Positions 57,630 through 64,000 of a DNA stretch of 64,000 bases are shown here, one piece after another. Location: NCBI GenBank assembly GCA_965217775.1, contig CBDCJH010000002.1, forward strand, positions 3,808,001 to 3,872,000, read 5' to 3'. Both the position numbers and the translations under genes were made by a program. The stretch is from Acidobacteriota bacterium. Lineage in GTDB: Bacteria > Acidobacteriota > UBA6911 > RPQK01 > JAJDTT01. The notes beneath the pieces were generated by a model. That model had not been told where the DNA came from, searched no databases, and saw nothing but the letters and a program-made list of their open reading frames with translations. The number at the start of each line of letters is the position of its first letter. Position 1 is the stretch's first letter.

Positions 57630-59009
57630 ATGAGGCGAGTTCCATTCTCGCTATTTGTGGGCGCGCCCGGTTGGTTGATTCTGCTCTCTCTCGCCCTGGC
57701 CCAGCCGGTCTGGAAACAGCGTGCACTTGAACTGCTTGAACGGGGTCGGGTGCAGGAAGCGCGCACGCTGCTGCTGGAAAGGTTGGGGCGGGAGGCCGAG
57801 GACGAAGAGGCCCAGGCTCTGCTGGGACAAATCGCCTTCAACCTGAAAGCTTACCGGGAAGCAATTCTACGCTTTTCCAAAGCTCCCTCGGTGCTGCAGG
57901 CAAACCCTTTGTGGCTGGTCAACTATGCCGAGGCGTTGCTCGAAACCAGACAGGTCGGGGCAGCCAAACGTGTCCTGGAAAGCGTAGCGGAGGACCACGC
58001 TATTGCCCAGTTCGAGACGGGTCTCCTGCTGGCGCGTTTCGGTGAGTATGCCGCGGGCGAACGCCACTTGGAGCTTGCCCAAGTGGGCTATCCCGACAAA
58101 TCCGCGGCGGCCTATAACTTGGCGTTTGTACAATATCTTCTGGGTAAACACACTGACTGTGCCAATACCCTGGAGAACGTTCCGCAACGATACAAGACCG
58201 GTGATGATTTCAACCTGCTGGCACTAGCCTATTTGGAGCTCGAAGAATTCCAGAAAGCTTGGCGGATCTTGCAGCAGGCAACTCGAGACTATCCAGGCGA
58301 CGAACGCAATTACGTGGCGATCGCCCGGCTGGCGACAGAGGCGGCCATGTCACCGTCGGTGGCCCTGGATTTCCTGGATCGGGGGTTGGCTCATCTGCCG
58401 GATTCCCACGTCTTGCACATCCAACGTGGCTACTTGAAGCTTTCCCAGGGTCGCTACCGCGAAGCGGCATCCGACTACGAAAAGGCAATTCAGCTACAGC
58501 CGAATTCGGAGCTGGCCAGACTGGGACTGGCGTTCGTGTTGGTGGAATCTCAGCAACATGATGAGGCAACAGTTCTTCTTGAGCAGACACTACGGGAAGA
58601 CCCGACAAATTTCTATGCCCACTACCTGCTGGGAGACATCGCGATGACTCAAGGGTCTCGTCCGGGTACACCGGCAGAAGCAAGAAGTCTAAAACATTTA
58701 CAGCAAGCGACGGCCTTGAGGCCCGACTTCGTTCTTGCCCGCATCAGCCTGGGAAAACTCTATTTGAAACGAAACGACCTGGACTCAGCCATCCGGGAGC
58801 TGGAGACATCGATCCGGCTCGATCCCCAGGCAACTACGGCCTATTATCAATTGTCGATCGCCTATCGAAAAGCCGGGGAAAAGGAAAAAGCTCTCGAGGC
58901 TCTCCAACAGGTACGACGCCTCAATCGGGAGGAACGCAAGCTGGGAACCGACCGATTCCTTTATCGCAAGCTCAAGAGAGGGGCGACCCAACTCTACACA
59001 CCCCGTTAG
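57630..59009 (+). CDS. Secreted tetratricopeptide repeat protein
   Basis: Signal peptide; TPR units; strong similarity to 50586-52028. Confidence 0.87.
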   Translation: MRRVPFSLFVGAPGWLILLSLALAQPVWKQRALELLERGRVQEARTLLLERLGREAEDEEAQALLGQIAFNLKAYREAILRFSKAPSVLQANPLWLVNYAEALLETRQVGAAKRVLESVAEDHAIAQFETGLLLARFGEYAAGERHLELAQVGYPDKSAAAYNLAFVQYLLGKHTDCANTLENVPQRYKTGDDFNLLALAYLELEEFQKAWRILQQATRDYPGDERNYVAIARLATEAAMSPSVALDFLDRGLAHLPDSHVLHIQRGYLKLSQGRYREAASDYEKAIQLQPNSELARLGLAFVLVESQQHDEATVLLEQTLREDPTNFYAHYLLGDIAMTQGSRPGTPAEARSLKHLQQATALRPDFVLARISLGKLYLKRNDLDSAIRELETSIRLDPQATTAYYQLSIAYRKAGEKEKALEALQQVRRLNREERKLGTDRFLYRKLKRGATQLYTPR

Positions 59010-59017
59010 GTGAAAAG

Positions 59018-60001
59018 ATGAAGCTGAGGTATTCTCGCGTGGTTTTGACGGTGCTGGTGCTGAGTGTGTTCTCCAACCTTTTGATAGCACAGGCGGCAGC
59101 ACGGGAACACCAACAAACACCTCAGCAGCCAGCTCAAGACGAGCAAGAACCCGTGGCGCCTGTCCGTGTCGTCGGAGAGGCCGGAGAGAAAGCAGAGTTC
59201 GATGCTTGGCAAGAGATGGAACGATCCGGGAGCCTTTCGGAAAAGGCCGAATTGGCCACGAGGTTTCTGGAGAGCTTTCCGAACAGTGGGCTGACGGCCT
59301 TTGCCCATCACGTCTTGGCGGACGCCGCTTATCAGGTGAATGATGTCGGCAACTTTATCCTGCACGCCGAAAAAGCCTTGCTTGAGTTGCCCGAAATACC
59401 TCAGTTGCTGGCCCCACTAGCTTACCTCTATTCCGAAAGACGCCAAGCGGCCAAGGCGAGCGAGTACGCCGATCGAGCCCTGCTGTTGTTGGAGAAACTG
59501 GAAAAACCCGGCAAAATGACATCCTCCGAATGGGTCAAGCAAAGGCAGGGATTGCAGGCCGACTCCCACTTTGCTTTGGGTCGCGCCCACTTGGAGCTTT
59601 GGCAGCAATCGGTCGGTTCACCCCAGGAACTTCGACAGGCGGTAGAGCACTTCAGCAAGACACTGGAATTGGATCCTGAGCATGCTTATGCTGCCTTTCG
59701 ACTGGGCTTTGCCCAGGGAAACTCTCGCAATCCGAAGGCTGCGGTGGCTGCCTATGCCCGAGCCTCCATTCTGGATTCTCCGGCTTCCGAGCGCTCCAAA
59801 ACTTATTTGGAGCGAATACATTCGATCATGCAAAAGGCCCGCGGTTACGAATGGGCCGAGAAGAGCATTGAGGAAATCCTCGAAGAGGAACGAGGACGCC
59901 TGGCGGCGGAACAGGCTGAAAAGGAGCAGGAACTGGCTCGTCTGGCGGAAGAGATCGACAATTTGGTACAGGAAGGCGTAGATTTACGTCCGGACCATTA
60001 A
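59018..60001 (+). CDS. Secreted TPR-like helical protein
   Basis: Signal peptide; RFLESFPNS; AVEHFSKTLELDPEHAYAAFRLG; coiled-coil-like C-terminus. Confidence 0.75.
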   Translation: MKLRYSRVVLTVLVLSVFSNLLIAQAAAREHQQTPQQPAQDEQEPVAPVRVVGEAGEKAEFDAWQEMERSGSLSEKAELATRFLESFPNSGLTAFAHHVLADAAYQVNDVGNFILHAEKALLELPEIPQLLAPLAYLYSERRQAAKASEYADRALLLLEKLEKPGKMTSSEWVKQRQGLQADSHFALGRAHLELWQQSVGSPQELRQAVEHFSKTLELDPEHAYAAFRLGFAQGNSRNPKAAVAAYARASILDSPASERSKTYLERIHSIMQKARGYEWAEKSIEEILEEERGRLAAEQAEKEQELARLAEEIDNLVQEGVDLRPDH

Positions 60002-60020
60002 CCAATAGGAGATTCCAACA

Positions 60021-60908
60021 ATGAACGTCAAGGTGGGTAGCTGCCCGGATTCCTGGGGCGTGTGGTTTGGGGAAGATCCAAGACAAATCCCCTGGCGGAG
60101 GTTTCTCGACGAGGTGGCGGAGGCCGGCTATGAGTGGATCGAACTGGGCCCGTACGGTTATTTTCCGCAAGATCTCAAGGTCTTGCGCCGGCAATTGAGC
60201 CGACGTAATTTGAAGGTCTCGGGCACTTTTCTGATGGCTCATCTGGAAGACCCGGAAGCATGGCCGGGGTTGGAGTCACAGCTCTTGGGAGTAGGAGAGT
60301 TGCTGGCGGGACTGGGAGCGCAATTTCTGGTCTTGATCGATGACCTGCACACCGATTGGTTTACCGGCAAACGAATCAAGCCCGAACGATTGGATGAGGA
60401 TGCGTGGAAGCGCCTGATCGACGCCACCCACAGGGCGGCCATCATCGTGCGGGAAAAATTCGATCTGCAGTTGGTTTATCATTCCAGCCCCGATTCCCAC
60501 GTTGCCTTTGAAGATCAGATTGAGAAGTTACTGGAAGATACTGACCCCGAGGTGGTCTCCCTGGGTCAGGATATTGGTCATTTAGCCTACCGCGGGGTGG
60601 ATCCGGTCGCCTTCGTGCGCCGGCATCACGAGAGGATTCCTTACCTTCATCTCAAGAGTGTGGACCCGAAACTTCGCCAGCAAGTGGTGGCTGAGGAAAT
60701 AGCGTTTATTCATGCTGTCGCCATGGGCATGTTCTGTGAACTCTCAAAGGGATTGGTGGATTACATTGCCTTTCGAGATTTGTTGCAGGAAATCGACTAT
60801 GACGGATGGGCAATTGTTGAACAAGACATGTATCCTGTGGCGTTCGACAAACCATTGCCAATCGCCAAACGAAACCGGGAATACTTGAGATCGATAGGAA
60901 TCGGATAG
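60021..60908 (+). CDS. IolE-like (2-keto-myo-inositol dehydratase-like) TIM-barrel protein
   Basis: GSCPDSWGVWF; IELGPYGY; DIGHLAY; YLHLKS; AIVEQDMYP. Confidence 0.8.
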   Translation: MNVKVGSCPDSWGVWFGEDPRQIPWRRFLDEVAEAGYEWIELGPYGYFPQDLKVLRRQLSRRNLKVSGTFLMAHLEDPEAWPGLESQLLGVGELLAGLGAQFLVLIDDLHTDWFTGKRIKPERLDEDAWKRLIDATHRAAIIVREKFDLQLVYHSSPDSHVAFEDQIEKLLEDTDPEVVSLGQDIGHLAYRGVDPVAFVRRHHERIPYLHLKSVDPKLRQQVVAEEIAFIHAVAMGMFCELSKGLVDYIAFRDLLQEIDYDGWAIVEQDMYPVAFDKPLPIAKRNREYLRSIGIG

Positions 60909-61023
60909 TGGTTGAATAAATTTTGACCATCCCAACGCTTGTTTCGAAACGGTTAAGCGGTAAATCAAGCGTTAGTTGTCAATCGGCGCAACAGCTTTCA
61001 AGCAATCCAAGAAAGGGGTGTTG

Positions 61024-61803
61024 ATGGAGAACGCCAACAGGTTCAGGGCCAAGCTGGAGAGTGGGCAGATCCCGCTTGGCTGCGGAGTGACCTTTTCGGA
61101 TCCCACCGTGACCGAGTTGATCTCTCATACACTCGATTTTGCCTTCATCGACATGGAGCACAATGCCCATTCCCTGGAAACGGTTCAGGGTCACATCATG
61201 GCGACAAAGGGTAGCGACGCCGCGGCGTTGGTGCGTGTTGCATGGAATGACGCCGTCTTGATCAAGCCGGTGTTGGACATTGGGGCAGACGGAATTGTGG
61301 TCCCGCTCGTCCGCTCGGTCCAAGACGTTGAGCTTGCCGTCTCGGCATGCTTGTATCCTCCGGAGGGAGAGCGGGGATTCGGTCCGCGGCGTCCGATTCG
61401 ATACGGTCGCATCGGGGACGCAGAGTACTGCCGGCGAGCCAACCGGGAAATCGTTTGTATAGTGCAAATCGAGCACATAGACGCTGTCAACGTCATCGAC
61501 GAAATGGTTCGCGTGCCGGGACTCACAGCGATCATGATAGGTGTCAACGATTTGGCCGGGTCAATGGGACATATGGGAAATCCTCAACACGCGGAGGTGC
61601 AGACCGCCGTTGAAACCGTCGTGACCACGGCACATCAAGCCGGCGTCTTTCCCGGTATCGGTCTGGCCGATGATCCTGAAGCGCTTATGGAGTGGACGGA
61701 AAAGGGAATCCAATGGGTGCTCATGGGCGTGGATTGGGCGCATTTGGCGCGTGCGATCGACACCTCGGCCGCCCGCCTGAGAGGGCATGCCAGTCAAAGG
61801 TAA
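61024..61803 (+). CDS. HpcH/HpaI aldolase family protein
   Basis: FIDMEH; ALVRV; VLDIGADGIVVP; YPPEGERG; VQIEH; IGVNDLAGSMG. Confidence 0.92.
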   Translation: MENANRFRAKLESGQIPLGCGVTFSDPTVTELISHTLDFAFIDMEHNAHSLETVQGHIMATKGSDAAALVRVAWNDAVLIKPVLDIGADGIVVPLVRSVQDVELAVSACLYPPEGERGFGPRRPIRYGRIGDAEYCRRANREIVCIVQIEHIDAVNVIDEMVRVPGLTAIMIGVNDLAGSMGHMGNPQHAEVQTAVETVVTTAHQAGVFPGIGLADDPEALMEWTEKGIQWVLMGVDWAHLARAIDTSAARLRGHASQR

Positions 61804-61855
61804 CGGTATAGAGCCAAGAGGGCTTTTCCTGGGGCCTTGGCAGCCTATGAGCTAA

Positions 61856-62013
61856 CAGCCCGTGGCAAAAGTCGCCACGGCATCCGACCGTCCCTGCATC
61901 CCGGCGGACTGCGTTGCGATTCGATCACATACTCCCGGTATGCTCCCGAATCGCGCCTTGTCCGGCGGGCGCAGGAACGGTCTCGGTGCTCGCGGGACTT
62001 TCACCACGGACTG
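61856..62013 (-). mobile_element. 158-bp MITE, copy C (inverted)
   Basis: Reverse complement of copies A and B; 4-bp TSD CTAA; lies between convergent gene ends. Confidence 0.9.
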
Positions 62014-62018
62014 CTAAG

Positions 62019-64000
62019 CTAATTTCCAAGCCTCTCCAAGAGGAGGCGGGCCTGCACGTGGTCCGGATTCAGCTTGAGCAACTGCTGGAGAAATTGTCTT
62101 GCCAATGCACCCTCGTTCTTCAACGAGTGCACCATCGCCAAGGTCAGGAGAGTTTCTTCGGCTTGAGGGTTCAGGGATAATGCCTGGTGCAGCGACTCGA
62201 TGGATCTCTCCAGATGACCGGCTTGAGCCAGGACACGACCGAGATTCAGGAAGGTTGCCTCTGCGGCAACACCCTTTTCGACTGCCTCCTCGAGCACTTC
62301 AATAGCGCGCTCGAAAGCGCCCTGCCGCGCCGCGACGATTGAAACCGCGTTGTAGGCGGTTTCGTTGTCTGGCTCCAACTTCAGTAACCGCTCGAAGGCT
62401 TCTTCGGCCTGGGACAACCGGTTCTGAAGGGCGTAAAGATTTCCAAGGTCCAGGTATGCCGGAGCGAATCTCGGAGAAACAGCCAAGGTGCGGTTGATCG
62501 CTGCAAAGGCTTTATCCCACTCCTGGTCGCGCAAGTACATTTGGGCCAGGTGATAGTGGGAAAAGACCGCAATCGGAAACAACTCGGTTGCTCTTTCGAA
62601 GTACCCGATCGCCTCTTGTTTTTTTCCGGCGCCGGCCGCCAGGACGCCCAGCCCGTGAAGTGCCGGAACATAATCCGGAAATCGCTCCAGCACTTGGGAG
62701 AAGTAGATTCTGCCGCGTTCATGGTCTCCCCGGTTGGCGTAGATCAAAGCCAGATTGCTCAAAGGCAGCAACTGATCCGGCCGCCCTTCCAGCGAGCGCT
62801 CATAAGCTGCCACCGCCTGATCGATTTTCCCCGAAACTTCATAACCTTTTCCCAGTAGGGCGAAGGCCTCGATCAGGTAGCGACCGTCGGCCCGCTCGAG
62901 GTACTGCTCCAACAACCGCATTCCTGTTTCCAACTGTCTGGGGCGTTCGGTCAGTTCGGCTGGAGTCGCATCCAAAAATGCCGCTCCCATAAAAAAAAGA
63001 TTCTCGGCCTCGGACAGTGACGAGGTTGAAGGTTCCAGTTCGTAGAGGGTGTTCCGGCCCAGATCAGCGGGCACTTCGGCTCTGGAGTGGATACCGATTC
63101 TATGGTTGGTAAAAACGATGTGACGGGTACGTTGATTTCCTCGCCGCAGCTCCTCGAACGAAATATCGGGGCTATCACCGGTCGGGTCTCCGGATGGCAT
63201 GTGGCAAGGGGCACAGTTCCCCTCGATTTCGACAGGTTTGTGGGTGCTGTCGAGCTCACTCGAGACATGGCAGGAAAGACAGCGGGCGCGGTAGAAATCG
63301 GCGCTCTCTTCAGGAGAGACCTTCCGGTGGGGATCATGGCAGGTGGAACAAGTCATGGCGCCGCCGCTGGCTTGAAAGCATTTCGATTCTTCCATCAGAT
63401 CGCCATGCTGCTTCACCATGTCGAATTGTTTGCTCTTGTCGTCCACACCGCGAAGCTTGAAGCGGACTGCGTAATCCGAGAAAGTTTCGCCCGGCCGGTA
63501 GGAGAAAGTTTCCCGACCCGGCACGATGACTCTGGTTGCCACGCTGTAGACGTTGGTCTCCAGGTGGCATTGGTAACAGAGATCTCTCTGAGCCTCCTTC
63601 GAATCGAGCCCGGGGTGGTAAATCGCCTTCTTGACCTTTTCCGCCGGAGCTCCCTCCGAGATCAAGCGGACGTGTTCGCTGCCCGGTCCGTGACAACGCT
63701 CACAACCGATGCCGGTCGGAAGGGGGTTGGGAAAATAGACCTCGTCCTCGGACCTTTGCGGGATGAGCCGAGGGTAGGAAGTGTGACAAAAAAAACACCC
63801 CTGGGGTATGGGGCGGGTGAAGTCGAGATGATCTGCGACGTCGTAACCGGGAGACATGCCCCAGCGTTGTTCCTGGGTGTACCAGGTGACGGGCAACTTG
63901 GTAATCACGCCATTGGGATGATGATGAAAATAGGAGCGGGCATGATCGCCTGAACCCAGGATGTAGGTGATCTCCTCCTCATGAGTGTGAATAGGCTCGC
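62019..64000 (-). CDS. Multiheme cytochrome c - TPR fusion protein (5' end beyond the window)
   Basis: The frame stays open to 64000 (EPIHTHEEEITYILGSGDHARSY...). Six CxxCH motifs in the window (CFFCH, CERCH, CYQCH, CSTCH, CLSCH, CAPCH), followed by about 300 aa of TPRs. Confidence 0.88.
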   Translation of the reverse strand, partial: EPIHTHEEEITYILGSGDHARSYFHHHPNGVITKLPVTWYTQEQRWGMSPGYDVADHLDFTRPIPQGCFFCHTSYPRLIPQRSEDEVYFPNPLPTGIGCERCHGPGSEHVRLISEGAPAEKVKKAIYHPGLDSKEAQRDLCYQCHLETNVYSVATRVIVPGRETFSYRPGETFSDYAVRFKLRGVDDKSKQFDMVKQHGDLMEESKCFQASGGAMTCSTCHDPHRKVSPEESADFYRARCLSCHVSSELDSTHKPVEIEGNCAPCHMPSGDPTGDSPDISFEELRRGNQRTRHIVFTNHRIGIHSRAEVPADLGRNTLYELEPSTSSLSEAENLFFMGAAFLDATPAELTERPRQLETGMRLLEQYLERADGRYLIEAFALLGKGYEVSGKIDQAVAAYERSLEGRPDQLLPLSNLALIYANRGDHERGRIYFSQVLERFPDYVPALHGLGVLAAGAGKKQEAIGYFERATELFPIAVFSHYHLAQMYLRDQEWDKAFAAINRTLAVSPRFAPAYLDLGNLYALQNRLSQAEEAFERLLKLEPDNETAYNAVSIVAARQGAFERAIEVLEEAVEKGVAAEATFLNLGRVLAQAGHLERSIESLHQALSLNPQAEETLLTLAMVHSLKNEGALARQFLQQLLKLNPDHVQARLLLERLGN

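Noticed and set aside
62991-63795. A8 homopolymer runs in the cytochrome-TPR gene as phase-variation tracts
   Set aside because: The runs are short, encode Phe-Phe, and the reading frame is intact.
1-64000. tRNA, rRNA, CRISPR array, integrase or prophage genes
   Set aside because: None recognised by eye; tRNAscan, Rfam and CRISPR finders were not run.

Overview
GC-rich bacterial window whose gene content suggests Acidobacteriota, possibly a sponge symbiont (Oar-like TonB-dependent receptors, CRTAC1/TPR/multiheme clusters, an LRR surface protein); this is inference, not a marker-gene call. The left part holds a TBDR + PPC + DUF1549/1553 + DUF1501 operon, a BHMT-like methyltransferase, the sarcosine oxidase operon soxBDAG, two PhyH dioxygenases, a CocE hydrolase and glycosidase-like genes, with REP-like palindromes between genes. 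A complete 3,222-bp IS481-family element (22354-25575; 50-bp IRs, 7-bp TSD CACAAGG) sits in the loop of a GTAG-type REP and carries about 1.9 kb of eroded, rearranged IS21-derived DNA with two perfect palindromes. The right part looks lower in GC. It holds an AbiE TA pair with the toxin broken by a 158-bp MITE (3 full copies plus 1 fragment in the window), a catabolic operon including a GH127-like enzyme and an extradiol-dioxygenase/DUF6081-like fusion, and a roughly 19-kb TBDR-TPR-multiheme cytochrome-CRTAC1 locus of unknown function. No rRNA, tRNA or CRISPR array was recognised. All family calls come from reading motifs, not database searches.
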